33,625 nucleotides of DNA, taken from positions 1 to 33,625 of the forward strand of contig DCVH01000021.1 of the NCBI GenBank assembly GCA_002327335.1. Reading direction: 5' to 3'. Below are positions 1 through 8,980 of this stretch, piece after piece (positions within the stretch are counted from its first letter, which is position 1; every line of letters starts with the position of its first letter). The notes below the pieces were generated by a model. That model ran no database searches, had not been told where the DNA came from, and was given only the letters and a program-made list of their open reading frames with translations. Position numbers and translations under genes: made by a program. This DNA comes from Patescibacteria group bacterium UBA2193. GTDB lineage: Bacteria > Patescibacteriota > Minisyncoccia > Moranbacterales > DUUL01.

Positions 1-37
1 ACAATAATCTTATACCAATGTCCTCGGACTTCCACTA

Positions 38-61
38 GATTCCCTTCTTCAAGGGAATGAC
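38..61. repeat. Degenerate copy of GC-rich palindromic element (family P1)
   Basis: gattcccttcttcaagggaatgac keeps the GGATTCC / GGAATGAC arms seen at 419-465 and 15417-15441, but the GC core has decayed. Confidence 0.45.
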
Positions 62-90
62 ATAACACATTTTCTTACTTTATCCCGATT

Positions 91-115
91 GTCATCCCCG
101 CGAAGGCGGGGATCC
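91..115. repeat. P1 palindromic element, reverse orientation
   Basis: gtcatccccgcgaaggcggggatcc forms the hairpin ccccgc/gcgggg. It encodes the last residues (SGSPPSRG) and the stop of the GIY-YIG ORF. Confidence 0.8.
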
Positions 116-409
116 AGAAATCAGGTTTATGTATAGATCTTCCCAACCAGGATTAAATTCCTCTATTATTCTCAATTTCCATTTTCTGTTCCACTTTTTC
201 AATTGCTTTTCTCTGTAGATTGCTGCATTGATATCCCCTCCTTCTTCATACCATACTAAATTATTAATTTTATATTTTTTCGTGAATCCTTCTATTTCTC
301 CAGATTTATGTTCATAGACCCTTCTTAATAAATCATTCGTTACTCCAACATATAAAGTTCCATTCCTTTTGCTTGCTAAAATATATACAAAATAGTTTTT
401 GCTGTTCAT
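92..409 (-). CDS. GIY-YIG nuclease family protein (UPF0213/YhbQ-like)
   Basis: N-terminal YFVYILASKRNGTLYVGVTNDLLRRVYEH matches the GIY..YIG..R..EH pattern. Size is about 100 aa. The C-terminal tail is repeat-encoded. Confidence 0.85.
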   Translation of the reverse strand: MNSKNYFVYILASKRNGTLYVGVTNDLLRRVYEHKSGEIEGFTKKYKINNLVWYEEGGDINAAIYREKQLKKWNRKWKLRIIEEFNPGWEDLYINLISGSPPSRG

Positions 410-418
410 TGAAAAACT

Positions 419-465
419 GGATTCCCGCCGGAGTTTATGCTCGCGAAGACGGGTGCGGGAATGAC
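419..465. repeat. P1 palindromic element with expanded loop
   Basis: ggattcccgcc..gggtgcgggaatgac lies immediately upstream of the GIY-YIG start, in inverse orientation to the copy at 91-115. Confidence 0.8.
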
Positions 466-476
466 AAATTATAATA

Positions 477-1982
477 TTATTTAAGCCTCTCTTTCAAAAT
501 TTCCATCACAATTTGCGGGTTAGCTTTTCCTTGGGTTTCTTTCATAATTTGCCCCATCAAAAATTTGATGGCGTTTTCTTTTCCCGCTCTGTAATCTTCA
601 ACAGAACTTGGATTGTTGTCAATAACTTTTTTGACAATTTCTTCAAGTGCTCCCTGATCAGAAGTTTGCGCAAGATTTTTTTCTTCAATAATTTGCGATG
701 GATCTCCTCCGGTTTGAAACATTTCTTCCAAAACAGTTTGCGCCGCGGAAGAATTTATTTCTCCTTCATAAACAATTTTGATAAGTTCTGCAAAATTTTC
801 AGGCGTTACTTTAACATCTTTCACGCTTCCTCCAGAAATCATTAAATGTTTTTGAATTTCAGTCATTAAATAATTTGCCGCCAACCGATAGAGTTTTATT
901 TTTCCTTCTTCATTGAAATCATGATCTTCCTCCGCCATCCAATTTTCAAGTTCACTGCAAGTTTGCTCGAAATAGCAAGAAGTGTCTTTGTCACTCACGA
1001 TTATTTTCGCATTCTCCGGCAATAAACCAAATTGTTCAATAAACCGCAAATTCTTTTGTTGAGGCAATTCACAAATAGTTCTTTTGATATTTTCAATATA
1101 CTCATCACTATATTTTAACGGCAAAATATCCGGCTCCGGAAAATATCGATAATCATCAGAATTTTCTTTTTCACGTTGAGAAAAACTTTCACCCAAAACA
1201 TCATCCCAGCCCCTGGTTTCTTGAACAACTTTTTCGCCTTCATCCAAGAGTTTCCCCTGTCTCTCTATTTCATAAATAATCCCTTTTTCAACTGCCTTAA
1301 AAGAATTAATATTTTTTATTTCCACTTTTGTTCCGGAAAGTGGATCTTTTCCAACTTCGTGAAGTGAAATATTTGCTTCACATCGCATTTGCCCCTTTTC
1401 CATATCAGCCGGAGAAATTTGAAGATATCGGAATAAAAGTCTAAGTTCCTCACAAAAAGCTTTCGCTTCACTTGCAGAAGTAATATCCGGCTCGGTCACC
1501 AACTCCATCAAAGGGACTCCGGCCCGATTGAAATCCACTAGAGTCTCCTTGGTTCCTTTTTGATGAATTGATTTTCCGGTATCTTCTTCGAGATGAATTC
1601 GAGTTATCCCAATTCTTTTTTTCTCAAGCTGACCTTCGCCATTTCTAAATTCAATCTCCATGAATCCTTTTTCACAAATTGGTTTGTCATATTGAGAAAT
1701 TTGATAACCTTTTGGAAGATCAGGATAAAAATAGTTTTTTCGATCAAACTTGGTATCATTAGCAACTTTGCAATTCAACGCCAAGCCTGCCTTCATCACA
1801 AAATCAATTGCCTCCTTGTTTGGAACCGGCAGACTTCCTGGTTGACCGGTGCAAACTGGGCAAATATTCTTATTTGGAGTTTTTTCTTCCCCCATTCCGT
1901 TTTTGCAAGCACAAAACATTTTGCTTTTTGTTGCAAGTTCCACGTGAACTTCCATTCCAATTGTTGGTTTATATTTTGTCAT
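477..1982 (-). CDS. gatB: Asp/Glu-tRNA(Asn/Gln) amidotransferase subunit B
   Basis: 501 aa. Shows GMEVHVEL, the PNKNICPVCTGQPGSLP zinc motif, RIHLEEDTGK and a C-terminal GatB/YqeY-like tail. Confidence 0.95.
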   Translation of the reverse strand: MTKYKPTIGMEVHVELATKSKMFCACKNGMGEEKTPNKNICPVCTGQPGSLPVPNKEAIDFVMKAGLALNCKVANDTKFDRKNYFYPDLPKGYQISQYDKPICEKGFMEIEFRNGEGQLEKKRIGITRIHLEEDTGKSIHQKGTKETLVDFNRAGVPLMELVTEPDITSASEAKAFCEELRLLFRYLQISPADMEKGQMRCEANISLHEVGKDPLSGTKVEIKNINSFKAVEKGIIYEIERQGKLLDEGEKVVQETRGWDDVLGESFSQREKENSDDYRYFPEPDILPLKYSDEYIENIKRTICELPQQKNLRFIEQFGLLPENAKIIVSDKDTSCYFEQTCSELENWMAEEDHDFNEEGKIKLYRLAANYLMTEIQKHLMISGGSVKDVKVTPENFAELIKIVYEGEINSSAAQTVLEEMFQTGGDPSQIIEEKNLAQTSDQGALEEIVKKVIDNNPSSVEDYRAGKENAIKFLMGQIMKETQGKANPQIVMEILKERLK

Positions 1983-2082
1983 ATTGTAGATTTAAAAATT
2001 TGACTATGTTTTTTATTGACGCCAAAGGAAATAATTATTTTCTCACCTAACAAAATTTCGAAACACTTCATTAAACAAGAGA

Positions 2083-2164
2083 ATGGTTATTTTCGAACGT
2101 ATTAAAACTCACTTTTAAAATACAAAGAAATGAAGTTTTAGTCAGTGAAAAAATAATCATTTCC
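2083..2164. repeat. MITE-like element family M1, copy A
   Basis: Its reverse complement matches 30190-30269 with identical runs of 26 nt and 18 nt. It has A/T-rich terminal inverted repeats (aatggttatttt / aaaataatcatt). Confidence 0.7.
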
Positions 2165-2338
2165 TTGGTTTGTCAAAATTCTTAGATAATGTATTTTCAA
2201 GACTTAACACACTAAACTTCTTACTATAAGCTAAAAGCTATAAGCTATTAATTAAAAACTATCACCGCTTGCCTTATTCTAACACAAAATCTATAATAAA
2301 ACCATAAAACTTGCAAATCAACTAAATAAAAATTTTCT

Positions 2339-4192
2339 ATGAAAAATCAAGAATCCCCCAAAATCAAATTAAATCCTTTCGAAATAGTCTCATTTTTCTG
2401 GATATCATTTGCCATCCTCTCTCTTGCAACTGCCCTGTTTGGATTTTTTGATAAATGGAGCCTCTTGGCAATTTTGGCGATTCTCATCATTTCATTAATT
2501 TTTTTAATAAAAGAAAAAGTTTTTGTTTTTGAAAAATTTGATAAATTTTCCACGGCGATTTTCGCTTCCACCATTATTATTGGAATTTTCCTATCATTCT
2601 ATACAACACCGACTATTTTTGGTGGCAGAGATGAAGGATCCTATTCTTCATCAGCAATTCTCATCTCTCAAAAAAAAGGACTGACCTATAAAAACAAACT
2701 CGTTGATGAATTTTTCAAAATCTATGGCCCAGGGAAAGCGCTCAACTTTCCAGGATTCTATTATACCGAAGACGGAGCACTCAAGAGCCAATTTCTCCCT
2801 GGCTATCCCTCTTGGATTGCAATCTTCTATGAAATCGGCGGACTGAAAGGAATTCAATTTGCCAATCTTCTCCCTTTCGTTACTTTTCTCTTTTCCTTTT
2901 TTCTCATTATCAGACTGCTTCTTCAAAAAGCCGGCACCCCGGAAAAATCCATCAAAAAAGCCCAATTTATTTCTTTCGCAATTCTAGCCACCTCTTTCCC
3001 CTTGTTGGTTTTCTATAAATTCACTCTAAGCGAAATCTATTTTGCCGCTCTTTGTTGGTTTGCCCTCTATTTGATCCTGAAATATCTTGAAAACAAGTCT
3101 CTTCAAAATTACTTCATGATTTTCGCCCCACTGATATTAATAGTCTTCATTCGGATTGAAGCGGTTGCAATTATTTTCTTTTTTATTCTCATAATGATTT
3201 TGAAGGACGCCAACCATCTTCAGAAACCGCACTACCAGCTTCCTTTTATAATAACAGGGCTGTCATTCATCGCCGCGATATATTTTGAACCAAATTTTTT
3301 CATCGACTCTTTGAAAAACATCGTTCCTTTCGACATCAATCAAAACGGCACCATTGGAGAAGGCAATTCTGTCAGCAAAACATTCCTTTCGGACGACTGG
3401 AAAGGTTTCTACCTTCCAAAAATATTCTTCATATACAACCTGGTCGCATTATTTGCAATGGCGGTAATCGTGGTGATAAAATCAATGTTGAAATTCAGCC
3501 TTTCTGCAACCGATCGAGTCAAAAAAGACATTAGCAAAATCAATTCCTATATGCTGATTCCTTTTGTTTTTTTCTTCCCAACTTTTCTGTATTTTTTTGA
3601 TGCCAACATCTCGCTTGACCACCCTTGGCTTTTGAGAAGATTTGTTTTTTCCATTATTCCAATTCTAGTTCTTTATTCTGGAATATTCCTCGTCAGAATT
3701 CCTGCCGAGAAAAAATTACTTGCAAATCTGATTACTATTGCAATCATCGCAGTAAACTTTTCGCTCTTTATTCCGGAAATTACAAAGATAAATGAAAACT
3801 TTTTCACTTCTTCTCAAAACAAAACTCTTCTACCTCAAACAGAAAAAATTGCAAAAAACTTTGCTCCAAATGATTTGGTTTTAATTTCACAACAATCTTC
3901 CGGCTCAGGCTGGTCACTCATTTCAGAGCCAATGCGCAATCTCATGAATCTCAATGCCGTCTATTTCTTTAATCCCAAAGACTTGGAAAAAATAAACTTA
4001 GAAAATTTTAACAATGTCTATCTAATTGCTTCGAAGGAAGAAGCTGAACTCTATAGCACTCTCAATTTTGAAGGTGTGCCACAGAAATACAAAATCACCA
4101 ACAACATCATCAATCCTTCAAAAAATGCTGAGGAAAAACCACAATTTTCCAAATCTGAAACAATTGGAGAAATATATAAAATACAAAAATAA
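2339..4192 (+). CDS. Polytopic membrane protein, GT-C-type glycosyltransferase-like (ArnT/PMT_2-like)
   Basis: 617 aa with many hydrophobic spans. An RDEG acidic motif follows the early TM helices, and there is a soluble C-terminal domain. Family assignment rests on architecture only. Confidence 0.5.
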   Translation: MKNQESPKIKLNPFEIVSFFWISFAILSLATALFGFFDKWSLLAILAILIISLIFLIKEKVFVFEKFDKFSTAIFASTIIIGIFLSFYTTPTIFGGRDEGSYSSSAILISQKKGLTYKNKLVDEFFKIYGPGKALNFPGFYYTEDGALKSQFLPGYPSWIAIFYEIGGLKGIQFANLLPFVTFLFSFFLIIRLLLQKAGTPEKSIKKAQFISFAILATSFPLLVFYKFTLSEIYFAALCWFALYLILKYLENKSLQNYFMIFAPLILIVFIRIEAVAIIFFFILIMILKDANHLQKPHYQLPFIITGLSFIAAIYFEPNFFIDSLKNIVPFDINQNGTIGEGNSVSKTFLSDDWKGFYLPKIFFIYNLVALFAMAVIVVIKSMLKFSLSATDRVKKDISKINSYMLIPFVFFFPTFLYFFDANISLDHPWLLRRFVFSIIPILVLYSGIFLVRIPAEKKLLANLITIAIIAVNFSLFIPEITKINENFFTSSQNKTLLPQTEKIAKNFAPNDLVLISQQSSGSGWSLISEPMRNLMNLNAVYFFNPKDLEKINLENFNNVYLIASKEEAELYSTLNFEGVPQKYKITNNIINPSKNAEEKPQFSKSETIGEIYKIQK

Positions 4193-4233
4193 TTCGTCTA
4201 CCTCTTTTACGAGGGTGGGAAAATAAAAAACAA

Positions 4234-5340
4234 ATGAGCATTTCCATAGAAGAAAAAGAGAAATATCTTTTAGGTTTTTCTTTGTTACCAGACATCGGGT
4301 TGGTCAGATTTTCAAAAATAATCAAACAATTCCCCGACATCACCACGGCGTGGAACTTCGAAGAAAAACACCTGCTAAGTGCTGATATATCAGAAAAACA
4401 AATCCAAAAAATTATTTATGGGAGAAAAAACATCAACCTTGAAAAAGAATATTCAAAATTAAAAGAAGAAAATATTTCAATAGTCTCTTCTTTTATTGAT
4501 GAAAAAAAATTCCCGAAAAAAATTCAGGAAATTCCCGGGGCACCGCTTGTCTTATTTGTAAAAGGCAATCAAGAAATTCTTCACAAAAAACAACTGGCGA
4601 TTGTTGGCACTCGCCGACCAACTCCCTATGGAAAACAGGTAGCGGAAAAACTAGCCAATCAAATCGCCCAATCCGGCCTCATCATCACCAGTGGTATGGC
4701 AATGGGAATTGATTCTCTGGCACATCAAGCCGCACTTGATAATCATCAACCAACCATCGCCGTTCTGGGAAATGGACTTTCCAACAAAATTCTTTCCCGA
4801 TCCTTCTCCCACAATCTGGGCCAAAAAATTCTCTCTTTCGGTGGAGCACTCGTTTCCGAATACCCGCCAAACTTTGAAGCAACCAAATTCACCTTCCCTG
4901 CCCGCAACAGAATTATCAGTGGACTATCTCTCGGCACGCTTGTGATTGAAGCTGGAGAAAAAAGTGGATCGCTCATCACCGCTCGCTATGCCCTTGAACA
5001 AAATCGAGAAATTTTTGCCGTTCCCGGAAACCTTTTTTCCTCTCAATCAATCGGAACAAATTGGCTCATCAAAGAAGGTGCCACACCCACCACTGATGCC
5101 AACGACATTCTTTCCGCCCTTGGCTTTTCCGCTAAAACAATTGCTTCCTCAGATTCAGAAATTCAATTTGAAAATACCGAAGAAAAATTAATATACAAAA
5201 CTCTCAATCACGAACCGATGCCGATTGATATGATCGCAAAAATTTCAAAAATTGACCCGCGAATATTAAGTGGCAAACTTTCCATGATGGAATTGAAAGG
5301 AATTATTAGAAATATGGGAGGAGGATTTATTCGAAGCTGA
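4234..5340 (+). CDS. dprA: DNA processing protein DprA/Smf
   Basis: Contains GTRRPTPYG, GMAMGIDSLAHQAAL, FPARNRIISGLS and VIEAGEKSGSLITA. It lies upstream of topA, as is common. Confidence 0.9.
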   Translation: MSISIEEKEKYLLGFSLLPDIGLVRFSKIIKQFPDITTAWNFEEKHLLSADISEKQIQKIIYGRKNINLEKEYSKLKEENISIVSSFIDEKKFPKKIQEIPGAPLVLFVKGNQEILHKKQLAIVGTRRPTPYGKQVAEKLANQIAQSGLIITSGMAMGIDSLAHQAALDNHQPTIAVLGNGLSNKILSRSFSHNLGQKILSFGGALVSEYPPNFEATKFTFPARNRIISGLSLGTLVIEAGEKSGSLITARYALEQNREIFAVPGNLFSSQSIGTNWLIKEGATPTTDANDILSALGFSAKTIASSDSEIQFENTEEKLIYKTLNHEPMPIDMIAKISKIDPRILSGKLSMMELKGIIRNMGGGFIRS

Positions 5341-5462
5341 TTTAATTAGTAGTTGATCCTGATGAAATGATGCAATAAACTTGTAATTTCACAGGATAAA
5401 TAGTTTATAGCCTGCAATTAATAGCGACCAATTTAAAATTCTTCAAAAAAGATATAATGTAT

Positions 5463-5578
5463 TTATTTTTTGAACGTAATGGTTTTAAGAAGAAAAACAT
5501 AAACAATCAAAAGGCTATTATCTTTAGCCTGTTAGCTACTTCTAAGCAAGGATAAATTCAGTGAAAAAAATGAATGCA
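5463..5578. repeat. M1-related element, copy C (shared termini, different core)
   Basis: Its termini ttattttttgaacgtaat and ttcagtgaaaaaaatgaatgcat resemble the copy A termini ttattttcgaacgtatt and gtcagtgaaaaaataatcat. The core is longer and unrelated. Confidence 0.4.
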
Positions 5579-5600
5579 TTATATCTTTTCACAAAATCAA

Positions 5601-5820
5601 TACTATAAATATTCTACAAAATTGCTAAGCGCTGACAGAAAAAGAAAATGTAATACGGCTGTAAGGATGATAATGGTTTTTATTTAAAGAAAAAAGGTAG
5701 AGGGGGGTCGTGGGATTGATAATTTTTTACAAAAAATTTAGGGCGTAGCTACATGTAAGTTAGCTATAAATATTATACAAAGTTGCTATATACTGCCAAA
5801 AGAAGAAAAGAAATTACGAT
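5601..5820. repeat. Two tandem about 160-nt-spaced modules in the dprA-topA spacer
   Basis: ctataaatattctacaaaattgcta (from about 5603) is repeated as ctataaatattatacaaagttgcta (from about 5763). Similar purine-rich tails (gaaaaagaaaatgtaatacg / aaagaagaaaagaaattacg) follow each. Confidence 0.6.
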
Positions 5821-5867
5821 GCGGAGTGGTTCCTGAATTTTTTTAAAAAATTATTAATCCCACGGCC
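5706..5867 (+). ncRNA. Candidate structured RNA closed by a 23-bp stem
   Basis: ggtcgtgggattgataatttttt (5706-5728) pairs with aaaaaattattaatcccacggcc (5845-5867). Both mismatches are G-U wobbles on the plus-strand transcript and A-C on the minus strand. No ORF is present. Confidence 0.35.
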
Positions 5868-5917
5868 ATCTTTCAGCAGAAAAACAATCATTCTACTATT
5901 TAAATTAATTTATATTT

Positions 5918-5946
5918 TTGACATTTAACAACTTCCCTCTTATTAT
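5918..5946 (+). promoter_or_regulatory. Sigma-70-like promoter for topA
   Basis: TTGACA, 17-nt spacer, TATTAT, ending about 58 nt upstream of the topA ATG. Confidence 0.6.
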
Positions 5947-6004
5947 CAAAGAATATGCAAATTTAGTCCTGTTTATGAAAAAATAATAATTTAACTTTTA
6001 TTTT

Positions 6005-8239
6005 ATGAATCTAATTATCGTTGAGTCGCCCACCAAAGCCAAGACCATTTCTCGCTTTCTCAAAAACTCAGAATACAAAGTCACTTCGTCTTTTGGCCAC
6101 GTTCGAGACCTTCCCAAAAAAGGACTCGGCATTGATGTTAAAAATAATTTTGAACCGGAATATGAAATTCCGGAAAAATCAGAAAAGACTGTCCGTGAAC
6201 TGAAAAAACTTGCAAAGGATTCTGACCTGATTATTCTCGCAACTGATGAAGACCGCGAAGGAGAAGCGATTTCCTGGCATCTTGTTTCTGCCTTAAATTT
6301 AAAGAACAAAAAAACTCAAAGAATCACTTTCCATGAAATCACCAAGACTGCCATCGAGAAAGCGTTGAAAAATCCACGAGAAATTGACATTGCCCTCGTT
6401 GATGCCCAACAAGCTCGAAGAATTCTTGATCGACTAGTTGGTTATAAACTTTCACCATTGCTTTGGAAAAAAATTCGACTTGGGCTCAGTGCCGGACGAG
6501 TGCAATCCGTTGCCGTTCGTTTGATTGTTGAAAAAGAAGATGAGATCAAGGCCTTCAAACCTCAAGAATATTGGACAATCGACGCACAACTAAAATCAAA
6601 GATGGAAGAATTCGGAGCAAAAGTTTTCAAAGAAAATGAGAAGGCACTGGGAAAACTTGGAATTGAAAACAAGAAACACGCTGATGAAATAAAAGGCTTT
6701 TTAGAAAAAGCTGATTTCAATGTTGAAAAAATCAACAAAAAAGAAGTTTCCAAGAGTCCAATTCCTCCTTTCATTACATCAACCCTGCAACAAGCAGGAA
6801 ATAGTTATCTTGGTTATTCTGCCAAACAAACCATGCGCATCGCTCAACAGCTCTATGAAGGAATTGCGCTTGAAAACAAACAGGCCACCGGTCTCATCAC
6901 TTATATGAGAACAGATTCACTTTCCCTCTCAACGGAAGCTGTCACTGAAATCAGAAGCGTTATTGAAGAAAAATTCGGGAAGAAATATCTTCCGGAATCC
7001 CCCAAGATTTACAAAACAAAATCAAAAGGCGCACAAGAAGCTCACGAAGCGATTCGACCAACATCTGCAAAACTTGATCCTGAAAATATCAAACAATTTT
7101 TGGATTCAAAACAATTCCGACTATACAAACTGATTTGGGATCGAGCAGTCGCCTCCCAAATGGCTTCCGCAAAAATGGATTCCACTTCCGTTGAAATCAA
7201 AGCCACCCAAGGGAGCAAAGAACAAAATTATTCTCTCAAAGCGACGGGGTCGATTATTAAATTTGATGGCTATCTCGCCCTTTCCGGAACCAAAAGAGAA
7301 GACGAGCTTCTTCCTGACTTAAAAGAAAATGAGAAAGTTGATTTAATTAAAATTAATGCCGAACAAAAAGAAACGCAACCGCCTTCTCGATACAGCGAAG
7401 CGACGCTGGTCAAAGCTCTTGAGGAATATGGAATCGGAAGACCTTCAACCTATGCTCCGACTATTTCCACTATTCAAGATCGAGGATATGTTGAAAAAGA
7501 TGAAAACAAAAAACTTTTTCCAACTGACACCGGAGTGGTTGTGAACACCTTACTCGTGAAACATTTCGACAAAATCGTTGACTATGAATTCACCGCAGAA
7601 CTCGAAAAACACCTCGACGAAATTGCCGAAGGCAAAAAGGAATGGGTTGAAGTTATTAAAAATTTTTACGAACCATTTATGCAAAACATCAAAAACAAAG
7701 ACAAAGAAATTCAAAAAGAAGATTTTCAAAAGAAACTCGACAAGAAATGTCCGCAATGCGGATCAGAATTAGTGGAAAAATTTGGAAGATTTGGAAAGTT
7801 CATCGCTTGCAGCAATTATCCGGAATGCAAATATACCGAAAAAACTTCTGACGACAAAAAACAAGAAGATGTGATAAAAAAACAAGAAGGAGGAAAAGAT
7901 GGAAAAATTATTTGTGAAAAATGTGGCAAAGAAATGGAAGTAAAAAGAGGTCGGTTTGGAATGTTCATCGGTTGCACCGGATATCCGGAATGCAAAAATA
8001 TCAAAAAAGTTGAAAACAAAACTGGCGTAGCTTGTCCAAAATGTGGCAAAGATATTGTTGAAAAAAAATCAAAAAAAGGTGGCCGAGTTTTCTTTGGTTG
8101 CAGTGGTTATCCAAAATGTGACTTCGCCATCTGGAACAAACCAACCGGAGAGAAATGCCCCAAATGCCAAAGCCTGCTCGTATTCGGAGCAAAAGACACC
8201 GTGCGATGTTCCAACAAAGAATGTGATTTCAAGAAATAA
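6005..8239 (+). CDS. topA: DNA topoisomerase I
   Basis: 744 aa. It has a TOPRIM N-terminus (IVESPTKAKTI, DEDREGE), the active-site region GLITYMRTDS and several C-terminal CxxC..CxxC zinc ribbons. Confidence 0.95.
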   Translation: MNLIIVESPTKAKTISRFLKNSEYKVTSSFGHVRDLPKKGLGIDVKNNFEPEYEIPEKSEKTVRELKKLAKDSDLIILATDEDREGEAISWHLVSALNLKNKKTQRITFHEITKTAIEKALKNPREIDIALVDAQQARRILDRLVGYKLSPLLWKKIRLGLSAGRVQSVAVRLIVEKEDEIKAFKPQEYWTIDAQLKSKMEEFGAKVFKENEKALGKLGIENKKHADEIKGFLEKADFNVEKINKKEVSKSPIPPFITSTLQQAGNSYLGYSAKQTMRIAQQLYEGIALENKQATGLITYMRTDSLSLSTEAVTEIRSVIEEKFGKKYLPESPKIYKTKSKGAQEAHEAIRPTSAKLDPENIKQFLDSKQFRLYKLIWDRAVASQMASAKMDSTSVEIKATQGSKEQNYSLKATGSIIKFDGYLALSGTKREDELLPDLKENEKVDLIKINAEQKETQPPSRYSEATLVKALEEYGIGRPSTYAPTISTIQDRGYVEKDENKKLFPTDTGVVVNTLLVKHFDKIVDYEFTAELEKHLDEIAEGKKEWVEVIKNFYEPFMQNIKNKDKEIQKEDFQKKLDKKCPQCGSELVEKFGRFGKFIACSNYPECKYTEKTSDDKKQEDVIKKQEGGKDGKIICEKCGKEMEVKRGRFGMFIGCTGYPECKNIKKVENKTGVACPKCGKDIVEKKSKKGGRVFFGCSGYPKCDFAIWNKPTGEKCPKCQSLLVFGAKDTVRCSNKECDFKK

Positions 8240-8292
8240 ACTTCTAACTAAAAAATATAAGCGTTATTATACACATTTTGAGAAATGAAAAA

Positions 8293-8324
8293 ACGAGAGA
8301 AGATTTCTATCTTCTCCCGTTTTA
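8293..8324. terminator. Bidirectional hairpin terminator between convergent genes
   Basis: acgagagaagat-ttct-atcttctcccgt forms an 11/12-bp stem. It is flanked by an A-run upstream and ttta downstream. Confidence 0.6.
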
Positions 8325-8341
8325 TTATCCTTTACAAGAAT

Positions 8342-8980
8342 TTAAATTTTAATCATCGGCCTAACCGGCTGTTGAATAATACGATTGATTAAAATCTGGT
8401 AATAGCCAACCGCTTCAACCAAACCGAAATGCCCAGAAGAAACGATATCGGTGAAATAAGTCCCAAATTCTCTGGATTTTCCCCTACAAGCACGGATAAA
8501 CTCATCCTTTACAGGAAAAACAAAAAAACACGGAGGAAGATTTTTGATGGAAGAAAATTCCTGCCAAAGATCGAATTTTCTAATTTTTTCAATTTCCCGA
8601 AAAGATTTTATCGGGAAAAATAAAATTTTAAAAAAAACCTCTTTGAGAATTTCCCAAAAAATCCTAAACTCTCCCTTCCTGAGAAGTTTCAACACTTCCA
8701 TTGAAAATCCCCATAAATTAAAAAATGGATGATTCGGAAAAATTGAAGCACCGGCAGGAGCAATAAAAATCAATCGAGAGAACTTTCCTGGATTTTTTTT
8801 GACGTCCTCCAATAAATCAAGGGCGCCGGCTGAATAAGCAATGCCCACAACATCGTTAATAGATGGGATGGCCCCACACCAATGCTTCATGAAAAAAATA
8901 ATTTCAAGTTTTTCAAAAAAATCTTCCAGCAACCCAGCCAATTTGGGCCAACCACCATAAATTATAAAACATTTTTTCAT
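8342..8980 (-). CDS. Alpha/beta-hydrolase-like protein
   Basis: Shows an AYSAG nucleophile-elbow-like motif, then a later acidic residue (PVKDEF) and SSGHFG near the C-terminus, in Ser-Asp-His order. Weak call. Confidence 0.4.
   Translation of the reverse strand: MKKCFIIYGGWPKLAGLLEDFFEKLEIIFFMKHWCGAIPSINDVVGIAYSAGALDLLEDVKKNPGKFSRLIFIAPAGASIFPNHPFFNLWGFSMEVLKLLRKGEFRIFWEILKEVFFKILFFPIKSFREIEKIRKFDLWQEFSSIKNLPPCFFVFPVKDEFIRACRGKSREFGTYFTDIVSSGHFGLVEAVGYYQILINRIIQQPVRPMIKI

Noticed and set aside
513-2050. Plus-strand ORFs (513-845, 1176-1367, 1593-2003, 1808-2050) overlapping gatB. Similar antisense or alternate-frame ORFs lie inside the membrane protein, dprA, topA, ftsW, thrS, miaB, smc (including the 208-aa ORF 20892-21518), nrdD and priA.
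   Set aside because: They lie within well-supported conserved genes and translate to low-complexity F/L/I/K-rich sequence typical of AT-rich antisense frames. They have no start context.
4234-5340. Alternative genetic code (UGA recoding), as seen in some CPR lineages
   Set aside because: Long conserved ORFs are uninterrupted under the standard code, and some, such as dprA, terminate at TGA at the expected protein end.
5695-5735. ggtagaggggggtcgtgggattgataa as a tRNA/tmRNA-like T-arm
   Set aside because: There is no acceptor stem, no anticodon arm and no GTTCRANYC T-loop consensus. No tag-peptide frame or CCA-proximal structure could be built.
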